From assembly GCA_041402045.1 (NCBI GenBank), contig JAWKSZ010000023.1:32837-96836 (forward strand): a stretch of 64,000 bases of DNA. Reading direction: 5' to 3'. The position numbers and the translations under genes are program-made. Shown here piece by piece: positions 1-9,346 of this stretch. Source of the stretch: Planctomycetota bacterium (GTDB lineage: Bacteria; Planctomycetota; J058). Numbering within the stretch: the stretch's first letter is position 1; every line of letters starts with the position of its first letter. The notes under the pieces are model-generated. The model was not told where the DNA came from and did not search any database. It saw only the letters and a program-made list of their open reading frames with translations.

Positions 1-1913
1 AGGTCGTCCAGGAGGCGACCGGCCAGCGCTACGCGCTGAAGCTGGTCCGGGCCCAGGGCCAGGAGGACCTGGCGCGCTTCCAGCGCGAGGCGCGGGTCCT
101 CGCGGGCCTCGACCACCCCAACGTGGTGCGCCTGCACACCGCGGACTTCAGCGCGCGCCCGCCCTACTTCGTACAGGAGCTGCTCGAGGGCGGGAGCCTG
201 AGCGAGCTCCTGCGGCGGGGGCCCCTGCCGGCCGCGAGCGCGCGCGAGATCCTGCGGCAGGTCGGCGAAGGGGTCGCCGCCGCGCACCGCGCGGGGATCC
301 TGCACCGGGACCTCAAACCCGACAACGTGCTGTTCTCGGCGGAGGGCGTGGCCAAGGTCACCGACTTCGGCCTGGCCGTCTCCGGCGAGACCCGGGAGCG
401 CTTGACCCGCACCGGGGCGGTGCTCGGGACGCCGGAATACATGGCGCCCGAGCAAGCGCTCGACGCGCGCGGGGCGGACGAGCGCGCCGACGTCTACGCG
501 CTGGGGGCCCTGCTCTACGCCATGCTGACCGGGGCCCCGCCGATCCCCGCCAACGGGCGCTCCCTGATCGCGCTGCTCACCGCGCTGCAGACGGAGCCGC
601 CGCGACCCCCCAGCGAGTTCGCTCCCGCGACCCCGCCGGAGCTGGAGCAGCTCTGCCTGCGCGCCCTGGCCAAGGACCCCGAGGCGCGCTTCCCCACGGC
701 GCGCGCGCTGCTCGAGGCCCTCGAGCGACGCTCGAGCGGCAGGGGCTGGGGGCGCCGGGGCGCGGCTGCAGCGGCGCTGGCGCTGGCCGTGGCGCTGGCG
801 CTCGGCGTCTGGCTCTCGCTCCCGACGCGGGGCGCCCAGGAGCCCGCGGCTGCGGCCCCCGCGCGGGTCGAACCCGTGCCGCCGGCCCCGCGACCGAGGG
901 CCGTCTCCGAGGAGGGTCTGCGTCCGGGGTTCGAGCTCCAGCCCCAGGGAGCCCGGCGCGAGGTGCTGGTCGACGGGGACCGCCTGGTCGTCGTCGGCTA
1001 CGAGGCGCTGGCGATCTACGACGGCGGGTCCCACCGCGAGCTGTCGACGGTGGCGCTGGAGCCGAGCGCTGAGCCCGAGCGCCTCGTCGCCCTGGGCGAC
1101 GAGCGCTACGCGATCGCGCGGGAGGAGGGGCCGCTGCTCGTGGTGGGGCCAGGGGAGCGCGTGACGCCGGTGGAGTCCCTGCAGAGCGTGCTGTGCGTGG
1201 CCCGACACGACCAGCTCCTCGCCTGCGGCTTGCGCAGCGGAGCGCTCCAGGTGCTCCGGATCGAGGACTCGGGGGTGACCCCGCTCACGGAGGTCCTGGA
1301 GCTCGCCCCCAAGTTCCAGGTCGAGGACGTGGTGTGGTTGGACGCCCGGCACCTCGTGCTCGCGACCCGCGGGCGGCGGCAGGAGAACGCCACCGCGGGC
1401 ACCGACCGCGACAACGGGAGCCAGCTCGTGCTCGTGGTCTACGACCCCACCGCCAGCGGCCTCTTGCCGGTCGAGTGGCAGGACGTGTTCGGCGCGTTCA
1501 GCCTCGCCGTGCACCCCTCGCGGCCGAACCTGGTGGTCGTGGGCACGGCGCTGGGAGGGCTGCACGCGTTCGAGGTGCGGGACGAGGTGTTCCACGAGCT
1601 GGAGGCCTCCCGCTGGACCTCCGCCACCTTCGGCGCCGGCACCTGCCGCGCCCTGCGCTTCACCCGCCGGGGGCTCGCGGTGTGCGTGTTCGAGGGCAGC
1701 GCCGAGCACCTCAACCGGATCGTGCTCTACGACCCTTGGCGTCAGGGGCGCGACGGGCGGGTCGTGACCCGCATGCTCCCTCTGGGGGCGCTCGCGCCCT
1801 ACTGCCTCTCCCTCGACGAGGAGGAGGAGGTCCTGTTCATGGGCGGCCACTTCGGGGGCGCGCAGCTCCGGAGCCTGGCCGAGGTCGAGGCCGAGGCCAC
1901 GGAGCACCCCTGA
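1..1913 (+). CDS. Ser/Thr protein kinase (5' partial), TM helix and C-terminal beta-propeller-like extracytoplasmic domain
   Basis: Frame continues from window edge (VVQEATGQRYALKLV...HRDLKPDNVLF, DFGLA, GTPEYMAPE kinase subdomains). Hydrophobic AAAAALALAVALALGVWLSL segment follows. TGA at 1911-1913. Confidence 0.85.
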   Translation, partial: VVQEATGQRYALKLVRAQGQEDLARFQREARVLAGLDHPNVVRLHTADFSARPPYFVQELLEGGSLSELLRRGPLPAASAREILRQVGEGVAAAHRAGILHRDLKPDNVLFSAEGVAKVTDFGLAVSGETRERLTRTGAVLGTPEYMAPEQALDARGADERADVYALGALLYAMLTGAPPIPANGRSLIALLTALQTEPPRPPSEFAPATPPELEQLCLRALAKDPEARFPTARALLEALERRSSGRGWGRRGAAAAALALAVALALGVWLSLPTRGAQEPAAAAPARVEPVPPAPRPRAVSEEGLRPGFELQPQGARREVLVDGDRLVVVGYEALAIYDGGSHRELSTVALEPSAEPERLVALGDERYAIAREEGPLLVVGPGERVTPVESLQSVLCVARHDQLLACGLRSGALQVLRIEDSGVTPLTEVLELAPKFQVEDVVWLDARHLVLATRGRRQENATAGTDRDNGSQLVLVVYDPTASGLLPVEWQDVFGAFSLAVHPSRPNLVVVGTALGGLHAFEVRDEVFHELEASRWTSATFGAGTCRALRFTRRGLAVCVFEGSAEHLNRIVLYDPWRQGRDGRVVTRMLPLGALAPYCLSLDEEEEVLFMGGHFGGAQLRSLAEVEAEATEHP

Positions 1914-2825
1914 TCAGCGCCGGGGCGCGTCCCACTTGCGGAGTTGCTTGAGGGTCAGCGTGAGGTCCTTGGGCAGCGGCGCCTCGATCAGGCGGCGCTC
2001 CCCGCAGGGCGCGGTGAACTCCAGGCGCCAGGCGTGGAGCGCGAGGCGATCGAGCAGGGGACGCTCCGCGCGCCCCTTGCGCTGCTGGTAGCCGGGCTTG
2101 AGCTCCGAGAGCAGGAGCTCCTTCCCGCCGCCGTAGTTTGGGTCCACGGCCAGCGGCAGCCCGACCCCTGAGAGGTGTCGCCGGATCTGGTGCGTGCGCC
2201 CGGTCAGGATCCGCACCTGGAGCCAGGCGTGGCGGCGGAAGCGCTCGAGGAGCGTCCAGCGGGTGAGCGCGTCCTGGAGCTTGCCCTTGGCCGTGGCCAA
2301 GGGGGTGTCGACCTCGCCCGCGTCCTCGGGGGGCACCCCCTTGACCAGCGCCAGGTAGTCCTTGGTCACCCGGCGCTCGCTGAACTCGGCGCTCAGCGCG
2401 CGCAGCGCGGGGCGGGTGGTCGCCACGAGCAGGGCGCCTGACGTCCCCGCGTCCAGGCGGTGCACGATCCGCGGGCGGAGCTCGGTGTCCCGCAGGTGGT
2501 GCAGGAGGGCCGCCCACAGCGGGAGCTCGACCCCGACCCCCGCGGGCTTGGCGATCACGAGCAGGCCCGGCTCTTCGTGCAGGACCTCCAGGCCGGGCAG
2601 GGGCTGGGGCTCGACGGCCTGGAGCAGGTCCTCCTCGACCGCGAGCACGTCGCCCTCCACGAGCACCTGGTTGGGGCCGCAGGGGCGCTCGTTGAGCACC
2701 GCGCTGCGGTCGCGCAGCGCGCGGTTCAGCTCCGCGGTCGGGACCCGGGGGTAGACGTCGCTCAAGAGCTGCAGCGCGGTCAATCCGGCGTCGGCGGCGG
2801 AGACGGTCCACTCCCGGTCGCTCAT
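1914..2825 (-). CDS. RluA-family pseudouridine synthase
   Basis: 303 aa ORF with HRLDAGTSG and GRTHQIR motifs. ATG overlaps upstream trmH-like stop (ATGA). Its stop abuts the kinase stop (TGATCA). Confidence 0.85.
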   Translation of the reverse strand: MSDREWTVSAADAGLTALQLLSDVYPRVPTAELNRALRDRSAVLNERPCGPNQVLVEGDVLAVEEDLLQAVEPQPLPGLEVLHEEPGLLVIAKPAGVGVELPLWAALLHHLRDTELRPRIVHRLDAGTSGALLVATTRPALRALSAEFSERRVTKDYLALVKGVPPEDAGEVDTPLATAKGKLQDALTRWTLLERFRRHAWLQVRILTGRTHQIRRHLSGVGLPLAVDPNYGGGKELLLSELKPGYQQRKGRAERPLLDRLALHAWRLEFTAPCGERRLIEAPLPKDLTLTLKQLRKWDAPRR

Positions 2826-3622
2826 GCGCTCCCTCGGGCCCAGAGGTGGGCGGAGACCGCGAAGGCCGCGGCCACGTTCAACGACTCGGTGTGCCCGCCG
2901 AGGGTCAGCGGCAGGCAGTCGCCCAGGAGCTCGGCGGGGACCCCGGGCCCCTCCGCGCCGAGCAAGAGCAGGCAGCGCGCGGGGAGCGAGGTCGGCTCCG
3001 CGCCGCCGTGGGCCACGCAGGCGACCGGCGTGTAGCCGCGGGCGCGGGCGCGGGTCAGGAGCTCCGCGGCGTCGGCGACCTGGGCCGGGGGCGAGCGCAG
3101 GAGGGCCCCGCTGCTCGCTCGCACCAGGCGAGGGTGGTAGGGGTCGGCGCCTCCGCGCAGGAGCACGAGGCCGGCGAAGCCGAAGAACGCGGCGCTGCGC
3201 AGGATCGAGCCCAGGTTCCCGGGGTCCTGGACGCCGAGGCAGGCGACCACCGCTCGGGGCGCCCCGGGGTCCTCGCCCAGGAGCGCGTCCAGCTCGGCGT
3301 AGCGGGCGCTGGCGACCGCCAGGGCCCCCGGCGGGACCTCGAGCTGGCTCAGCTCGGCGAACACCGGCGCGGGGAGCGCGAAGGCGGCCACGCCCTGGGC
3401 CTCGGCCAGCTCGAGCAGCTCGGGGTCGAGGGCCTCCTCGGGGAGGTAGACCTCGCTCACTGCCCCTGGCGCGTCGGTCAGCGCGTCGCGGATCGCGCGG
3501 CTGCCCTCGAGCAGGAAGGCGCCCTCCTTCTTGCGCCCGTGCCGGGTGCGCAGGCGGCGCACCCGCTTGAGGCGGGGGTTCTGGGGGGACTGGATCCGGG
3601 TCGGGGTCAGAGCAGCAGCCAC
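2822..3622 (-). CDS. TrmH/SpoU-family RNA 2'-O-methyltransferase
   Basis: C-terminal ~265 aa of the 451-aa ORF carry SpoU motifs (GNLGSILRSA, LLLGAEGPG, ESLNVAAA). Putative GTG at 3622 overlaps the end of the FHA gene. The upstream part of the ORF is an R/P/G-rich shadow. Confidence 0.65.
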   Translation of the reverse strand: MAAALTPTRIQSPQNPRLKRVRRLRTRHGRKKEGAFLLEGSRAIRDALTDAPGAVSEVYLPEEALDPELLELAEAQGVAAFALPAPVFAELSQLEVPPGALAVASARYAELDALLGEDPGAPRAVVACLGVQDPGNLGSILRSAAFFGFAGLVLLRGGADPYHPRLVRASSGALLRSPPAQVADAAELLTRARARGYTPVACVAHGGAEPTSLPARCLLLLGAEGPGVPAELLGDCLPLTLGGHTESLNVAAAFAVSAHLWARGSA

Positions 3623-4152
3623 CCGACCACGAGGGCCACGAGCACGAGCGCGCCGATCCCGATCGCGGCGAGGGTCGCGGGCGGGAGCGGGAGCGGCGCG
3701 TCGCCGTCGCCGGTGTCTTCGTCCAGGTCCTGCTTGTCCAGGGTCGGGAACGAGGCGTCGGTGGCCGCCAGCTTGCGCCCGCCGCGGGTGCCCTGGGCCG
3801 CCTTGGCGCGCTTGAGCGAGAACCCGCCGCCCTCCTCGTAGGTCACCTGCACCCGCGGGCCGCCGCCGCCGATCTCGAGGGTCGCGCGCTGGGGCAGCCG
3901 CGTGGGTCCCTCGAGCTTGGACCCGTCGAGCAAGACCCCGTTGGTGCTGTCCAGGTCCGCGATCTCCAGGCGACCCTCGGCGTCGCAGCGGATCTCGGCG
4001 TGCTCCGCCGAGACCTTGAGGTCGGTCTCCGGGTCGAACTGGAGCTGGCAGGTCTCGGCGCGGCCGATCCGGATCGGGAGCTGCACGAAGGCCTCGGTCG
4101 TGCCTCGGCGCGCACCCGAGAGGTGCTTGACGGTGATCGTGTACGCAGCCAC
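3607..4152 (-). CDS. FHA-domain protein with C-terminal transmembrane anchor
   Basis: 181 aa. FHA core (RIGR...DLDSTNGVLLDG) and C-terminal AAIGIGALVLVALVVGWLLL helix. GTG start preceded by GAAGGGGG. Confidence 0.75.
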   Translation of the reverse strand: MAAYTITVKHLSGARRGTTEAFVQLPIRIGRAETCQLQFDPETDLKVSAEHAEIRCDAEGRLEIADLDSTNGVLLDGSKLEGPTRLPQRATLEIGGGGPRVQVTYEEGGGFSLKRAKAAQGTRGGRKLAATDASFPTLDKQDLDEDTGDGDAPLPLPPATLAAIGIGALVLVALVVGWLLL

Positions 4153-4221
4153 GTCGGCGCCCCCCTTCAGGCTCCAATTATGCGCAGGGGAGCGGGGGAA
4201 TTGAAGGGCGCCCCCTCTCGC

Positions 4222-4767
4222 TCAGGCCGCCTGGGCGAGGCCCAACTCCCGGGCCCAGTGCTGCATGCGCTCCTGGGAGGCGGCCTCTGGGTAGCTCGCG
4301 GCTTCCAGGGGAAAGTTCACGAGGGCGTCGGGCAGGTTCACGTGGAACACCACGGTGTAGAGCTGCACGTTCCCCGCGCGGGACCTGCCGGCGCTGACCC
4401 GGGACACGCTCACGTTCCCCGCGGCCTTCCCGGCGAACTCGACCTTGCCGAAGGGGTTCCCCCGCGCGAGCTCGAGGGCCTGGGTCTGGGTGTCGTAGCG
4501 CAGGTGGCAGGTGCCGAAGCAGGTGTCGACGAAGCCGTAGGCCGCGATCAGCGCGCCGAGGCCCGCGCCGAGGCGCACCGGGAGCGGCACGTCGGCGACC
4601 CCCACGATCCACACGCACACCCCGGCCATGACCAGGAGCAGGAACGCGGCCAGGCGCAGGCGCCCGTCGATCTCGAGGCGCTGCCCGTCGAAGCGCGTGC
4701 GACAGAGCACGATCGAGAACCGCCGCTTGCGCGGTCCCCGCCGGCTCGCCGCTCCCTCCCGGTCCAC
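4222..4767 (-). CDS. hypothetical membrane protein
   Basis: 181-aa ORF filling the gap between rho and the FHA gene on the same strand. Two hydrophobic helices. Called on composition only. Confidence 0.4.
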   Translation of the reverse strand: MDREGAASRRGPRKRRFSIVLCRTRFDGQRLEIDGRLRLAAFLLLVMAGVCVWIVGVADVPLPVRLGAGLGALIAAYGFVDTCFGTCHLRYDTQTQALELARGNPFGKVEFAGKAAGNVSVSRVSAGRSRAGNVQLYTVVFHVNLPDALVNFPLEAASYPEAASQERMQHWARELGLAQAA

Positions 4768-4776
4768 CCGCCGCTC

Positions 4777-6501
4777 CTAGAACTGCGCCGTGTCGGCCTT
4801 GATGTTCAGGAGGAACTCGGCGTTGGAGCTGAAGTTCTTCAGCCGGCCCTTGAGCAGCTCCATGGCCTCGTTGGGGTTCATTTCGTTCAGCACCTTGCGC
4901 AGGACCCAGGTGCGCTTGAGCTCCTCCGGGTCGAGCAGGAGCTCCTCCTTGCGGGTGCCCGAGCGGCGGACCTCGATCGCGGGCCAGATCCGCCGGTCGG
5001 CCAGCGAGCGGTCGAGGTGCAGCTCCATGTTGCCAGTGCCCTTGAACTCCTCGAAGATCACCTCGTCCATGCGCGAGTTGGTCTCGATCAGGGCGGTGGC
5101 GATGATCGTCAGCGAGCCGCCGAACTCGACGTTGCGCGCAGCGCCGAAGAACCGCTTGGGGCCCTTGAGCGCGTTGGCGTCCACACCGCCCGAGAGGATC
5201 TTGCCCGAGTGGGGGACCTCGGTGTTGTAGGCGCGCCCGAGGCGGGTGATCGAGTCGAGCAGGATCACCACGTCCCGCCCGTATTCGGTCATGCGCTTGG
5301 CCTTGTTGATCACCATCTCGGCGACCTGCACGTGGCGCGCGGCGGGCTCGTCGAAGGTCGAGGCCACGACCTCCGCCGGCACGGTGCGCGACATGTCGGT
5401 CACCTCCTCTGGGCGCTCGTCGATCAGGAGGATGATCAGGTAGCACTCGGGGTGGTGCTTGACGATCGCGTTGGCCAGCTTCTGCAGGAGCACGGTCTTA
5501 CCGGTGCGCGGCGGGGCCACGATCAGCCCGCGTTGGCCCTTCCCGATCGGCGTGAGCAGATCCATGATCCGCATCTCGATCTCCTTGGGATCGGTCGCCA
5601 GGGTCAGGCGCTCCTCGGGGTAGAGCGGGGTCAGGTCCGAGAAGTGCGGGATCTCGCGCAGCTTCTCCGGGGGCTCGCCGTTGATCTCCAGGATCTGGTC
5701 TATGGAGATGAACTTGTCCTTGTTGCCCGGGGGCGAAATGATCCCGCGCACGAAGTTGCCGGTGCGCAGCCCGTGGCGCTGGATCTGCGAGGGCGGGAGG
5801 TAAATGTCCTCCGAGCTCGGCATGTAGCTGTAGTGCTTGGAGCGGAGGAACCCGAAGCCCTGGTGCACGATCTCGAGCACGCCCTCGCCGTAGCTCGTGC
5901 CGAAGCGGTTGCGGCGCACGATCTCGAACACGAGCTTGCTGCGCCGGATCCCGGTGAAGTCGCGGATCCCGAACTCGCGGCCCAGCGCCCACAGCTCCTT
6001 CATGGGCAGGACCTGGATCGTGGCGATGTCGACCTCCTTGTCCCGGGGCCAGGCGTCGTCGTCGTCGGGCTCCTGCTCCTCCTCGAGGCCGTCGTCCTCG
6101 GGCTCCGGCGCGCCCTTGCCCCGTCCGCGGCGGCGCTTGCGGTTGCGGCCCCGTCCGCGGGACTCGTCCTCGGCCTCGTCGCGTCCGTCGTCGCCGTCGT
6201 CCGCGTCCTCGTCCTCCTCGGCGCTGGGCGGGGGCGCCGCGGGAGCCTTGGCCGGCTTCTTCTCGGCCTCGGGCTTGCGGCCGCGGGGGCTGAAGCTGGG
6301 CATGGACGGGCTCTTGCCCTCGTCGGCGCCGTCCTGCTCGTCGTCGTGATCGTCCGCGTCGTCGTCGTCGTCGACGTCGTCCGCGTCGTCGTCCTCGTGC
6401 TCGGCCTTGGCCGTCGACTTCTTCTTCGACGCCTTCTTCTTGGTGGTCTTCTTGCTCGTCTTGCGAGCGACCTTCTTCTTGCCGGAGGAGGAGGTGGTCA
6501 T
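4777..6501 (-). CDS. rho: transcription termination factor Rho with long low-complexity N-terminal insertion
   Basis: 574 aa. Conserved Rho RNA-binding and ATPase core ([30 protein letters not shown]). N-terminal ~170 aa are K-rich then D/E/R-rich. Confidence 0.95.
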   Translation of the reverse strand: MTTSSSGKKKVARKTSKKTTKKKASKKKSTAKAEHEDDDADDVDDDDDADDHDDEQDGADEGKSPSMPSFSPRGRKPEAEKKPAKAPAAPPPSAEEDEDADDGDDGRDEAEDESRGRGRNRKRRRGRGKGAPEPEDDGLEEEQEPDDDDAWPRDKEVDIATIQVLPMKELWALGREFGIRDFTGIRRSKLVFEIVRRNRFGTSYGEGVLEIVHQGFGFLRSKHYSYMPSSEDIYLPPSQIQRHGLRTGNFVRGIISPPGNKDKFISIDQILEINGEPPEKLREIPHFSDLTPLYPEERLTLATDPKEIEMRIMDLLTPIGKGQRGLIVAPPRTGKTVLLQKLANAIVKHHPECYLIILLIDERPEEVTDMSRTVPAEVVASTFDEPAARHVQVAEMVINKAKRMTEYGRDVVILLDSITRLGRAYNTEVPHSGKILSGGVDANALKGPKRFFGAARNVEFGGSLTIIATALIETNSRMDEVIFEEFKGTGNMELHLDRSLADRRIWPAIEVRRSGTRKEELLLDPEELKRTWVLRKVLNEMNPNEAMELLKGRLKNFSSNAEFLLNIKADTAQF

Positions 6502-6547
6502 GCTTGGCTCCGTGGCGGCCGTGGGGCTGCTCGGTGTCGGGCGGCGC

Positions 6548-7141
6548 TCACCGGCGCGGCTCGACGTGTTCCGACCAGAAGCTCGCGACGCGCTGCGCCG
6601 CCTGATCCAGGTCGCCTTCGTTGGAAATCACGTGGTCGGCGCGAGCGCGCTTGACCTCGAGGGGGTCTTGGTTGGCCTCGCGCTTGGCGAGCTCGTCCGG
6701 GGCCCAGCCCCGGGTGGCGGCGCGCGCGGCGCGGGTGGCGCGGTCGACCTCGACGAACAGCCGCAGGTCGTAGCGCTCGACGAGGCGCATCTTGTCGGCC
6801 ACCGCGGCGTCGATCACCACGACCTCGCGGGGCTCGCTGGCGGGGCGCGCCCAGCGGGTGAGGACCTCGCGCACCACCTCGGCCACCCGCGGGTGCACGA
6901 TCCGCTCCAGGGTCTCGAGGGCCGCGGGGTCGGAGAACACGAGCGCGCCGAGGGCCGGGCGCGAGACCGCCCCCGCATCGAACACGCCGTCGCCGAAGGC
7001 CGCGCGCAGGGCGGCCTGGACCTCCGGCTCCGCGAGCTGCTCGTGGGCGACCCGGTCGCAGTCCACCACGTGCGCGCCGCGCTCCGCCAGGAGGCGGCTC
7101 ACGGTGCTCTTGCCGCTGGCGATCCCTCCCTGGATCAGGAT
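6548..7141 (-). CDS. coaE: dephospho-CoA kinase; start codon unresolved
   Basis: Walker-[16 protein letters not shown] is encoded at 7105-7141, upstream of the first canonical start (GTG at 7102). No in-frame ATG/GTG/TTG precedes the P-loop. Confidence 0.75.
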   Translation of the reverse strand: MLIQGGIASGKSTVSRLLAERGAHVVDCDRVAHEQLAEPEVQAALRAAFGDGVFDAGAVSRPALGALVFSDPAALETLERIVHPRVAEVVREVLTRWARPASEPREVVVIDAAVADKMRLVERYDLRLFVEVDRATRAARAATRGWAPDELAKREANQDPLEVKRARADHVISNEGDLDQAAQRVASFWSEHVEPRR

Positions 7142-7504
7142 CGTGAGGGGCTGGCGAGTGGCCGTGCTGGGCTCGTGCGCTGCTGGAGGGGTTATGAGGG
7201 GTCCCGCTGAACCCGCGAGGGGCTGCCAAGGGTAGAAATGTGCGAGGACGGGGAACGTGAGGACCCCGGCCGGAGGGCGGGGGCACGGGTCGCGCGCTGT
7301 CGCGAAGCTCGAGACGCGCTGCGTTCCCTGTGCTTGAGGTTATGCGGCACCTGGGCCCCAGAGTCAAGCGAAAGTCCGGGAGGACGGGCGGGATCCCCCG
7401 GGCCTGCTCCAGCCCCCGCCTCAAGCCGCCAGGGGCGCGGATCGACGCCACGTCATGGTTCGGTCACGCCGAACCCACGGTTTAACTCCTTCTCTGTGGG
7501 TCGG

Positions 7505-7534
7505 TTGACCCCGGGGTCCGCTGGCTCTTAGAAT
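7505..7534 (+). promoter_or_regulatory. sigma70-like promoter candidate (TTGACC-N18-TAGAAT)
   Basis: Near-consensus -35/-10 pair about 45 nt upstream of the ATG at 7581 in an otherwise GC-rich spacer. Confidence 0.4.
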
Positions 7535-7580
7535 GCGGCCGCTGAGTCCTCCTCGCGCAGGGGACACTCGAGGAGCAACC

Positions 7581-8948
7581 ATGGCCAAAGGTTCGGGCAA
7601 CGTCGCGTACGCCGTCGGGCTCATCTTCGCGATCCTCATCTCGCTGGCCCTCGTGTTCGTGGTCTATCGGACCAACGAGGAGCTCGCCAAGAAGGAGGAC
7701 CAGCTCAAGAAGGCGCTCAACGATCGCCGTGAGGCCGAGAGCACCATCGCGGCCCTCACCGTCGAGGCCGAGGACGTGCGGGAGCTGTTCTTCGGGCCCG
7801 GTCGTCGCGACGCGCCGATCGACAAGGCCTACGTGCAGCAGGTCGTGTTCACCCCGACCGCCGAGACCGTGAAGGAGATCATGGCCTCGGAGTGGATCGG
7901 CGACGAGGACATCAGCTCGATCTCCGACCCCGACGTGGAGAAGGCCTGGAAGGACCTCAAGGCGCTGACCGACGGCGGGCAGGTGACCTTCAAGGATCTC
8001 AAGACCGTGATCGAGGTCCAGCAGGCCCAGCTCCGCGCCGTCGTCGCGCTCCTGCCGCGCCTGCGCATGGACCGCACCGAGCAGCAGGGCAACGCGGCCA
8101 AGACCGCGGAGCGGCTCAAGGAAGAGATCGACAAGGCCAAGAACGACCAGAACGCGCTCTCCGACGAGCTGAACCGGGTCAAGGACGACCTGGTCACCAA
8201 GGACCGTGAGCTCGACCAGGTGCGCCGCGACTACGACGGCAAGCTCGAGGAAGAGCAGCGCACGATCCAGCGCATGACCCGCGACAACAAGATCAAAGAG
8301 AAGCGCATGGCGATCAAGCTCCAGGAGAAGGAGACCCGGATCGCCGAGCTCACCCGCAAGAAGCGCAAGACCAACGCCGACACCTGGAAGCGCGACGGCG
8401 AGGTGGTGTTCTCCGACACCGACCTCGGCTACGCCTGGGTGAACCTCGGCCGCCGTCACGGCCTGCGCCGCAACACGCGGTTCTTCGTCTACCAGCTCGA
8501 GAGCGGCGGGCGCCTGAAGGTCAAGGGCGTGGTCGAGGTGCGGGCGATCGAGGAGGACATGAGCCAGTGCGCGATCCTCGAGGACCAGAGCGTGACCAAC
8601 CCGGTGACCGGCGAGCGCGTGAACGTCCCCGACCGCAACGACCCGATCGTGCGCGGCGACCTGGTGTTCACCCCGACCTTCGATCCCCAGGCGCAGCTCC
8701 TGTTCACCTTCCTCGGTGAGCGCTCGAGCCCGACCAGCCCCTACGACAAGGCCGAGCTCCAGCAGAAGCTGATCGAGATCGGCGCCAAGATCGAGAACCA
8801 GATCTCGACCAAGACCGACTACGTGATCCTCCTCGGCGCCGACGACGAGGCGCGCGGGCAGGAGGTCGAGGCCGAGGCCGAGCGCGCCGCGCAATACGGC
8901 GTGACCTTCATGACCGAGAAGGAGCTGCTCGAGTTCCTCGGCAGATAG
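7581..8948 (+). CDS. membrane-anchored coiled-coil protein with C-terminal BRCT domain
   Basis: ATG at 7581 with AGGAG 7 nt upstream. N-terminal TM helix (VAYAVGLIFAILISLALVFVV), ~250 aa K/E-rich coiled coil, small beta domain, C-terminal BRCT signature (LLFTFLGERS...STKTDYVILLG...GVTFMTEKELLEFLG). Confidence 0.7.
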   Translation: MAKGSGNVAYAVGLIFAILISLALVFVVYRTNEELAKKEDQLKKALNDRREAESTIAALTVEAEDVRELFFGPGRRDAPIDKAYVQQVVFTPTAETVKEIMASEWIGDEDISSISDPDVEKAWKDLKALTDGGQVTFKDLKTVIEVQQAQLRAVVALLPRLRMDRTEQQGNAAKTAERLKEEIDKAKNDQNALSDELNRVKDDLVTKDRELDQVRRDYDGKLEEEQRTIQRMTRDNKIKEKRMAIKLQEKETRIAELTRKKRKTNADTWKRDGEVVFSDTDLGYAWVNLGRRHGLRRNTRFFVYQLESGGRLKVKGVVEVRAIEEDMSQCAILEDQSVTNPVTGERVNVPDRNDPIVRGDLVFTPTFDPQAQLLFTFLGERSSPTSPYDKAELQQKLIEIGAKIENQISTKTDYVILLGADDEARGQEVEAEAERAAQYGVTFMTEKELLEFLGR

Positions 8949-8971
8949 CCCTGCCGCACGACTCGCAGCCG

Positions 8972-8999
8972 AGAGGGCCCGCCGCCGCGCGGGCCCTCT
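8972..8999 (+). terminator. GC-rich hairpin downstream of the BRCT gene
   Basis: Perfect 11-bp inverted repeat agagggcccgc/gcgggccctct with 6-nt loop, 24 nt after the stop. No U-tract. Confidence 0.45.
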
Positions 9000-9089
9000 G
9001 CATGTACGGGCGGGTCCGCCCCTGCCTGCTCCCGCCTCTCTGACGGAGCGCTGCTAGCCGCTCGCGTGCCGACGCCTCAACGAGAGGAA

Positions 9090-9116
9090 CACGGAAGACA
9101 CGGAAGACACGGAAGT
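9090..9116 (+). repeat. 9-bp tandem repeat (cacggaaga x3) in tatC upstream region
   Basis: Direct reading of the sequence. Confidence 0.7.
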
Positions 9117-9346
9117 CCCGCGGTACGTACGCGTGCCCGGTCTACACACCCCACACGGAAGCTCCGCGCGACCCAACGCTTCCTCGAGGTCTAAGCGGAG
9201 AGAGGACCCGCCCGACGCCGCGGACGAGCGCGCTCGGACGCGGGCACGGGGCGCGACCCATAACCGCGCGGTGTCCATTCAGGCGAGGCCCTGTGTGCCC
9301 TCGCAGGGGGCTATACTCAGCGTTCTGAGGCCCGGGAGGGGACCCC

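Noticed and set aside
4000-6654. 884-aa plus-strand ORF and other long R/G/P-rich ORFs (2824..3570, 2846..3841, 4178..5446, 6498..7451, 10308..10937, 11160..12002, 12403..14253, 17234..19420, 20242..21999, 22053..23504, 33321.. N-terminal part, 54038.. antisense partners)
   Set aside because: These are typical GC-rich alternative-frame or antisense ORFs overlapping genes with clear homology. They show extreme R/G/P/A bias and lack start-site signals.
7482-8894. 470-aa minus-strand ORF
   Set aside because: It is the antisense shadow of the BRCT/coiled-coil gene in GC-rich DNA, with G/L/V/D-rich nonsense composition. The sense strand has strong domain signatures.
9133-9346. N-terminal 70 aa of the 689-aa ORF as part of TatC
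   Set aside because: It is in a different frame from the TatC N-terminus/TM1 (9347 frame). Composition is R/P/A-rich shadow-like. It is just upstream read-through of frame B.
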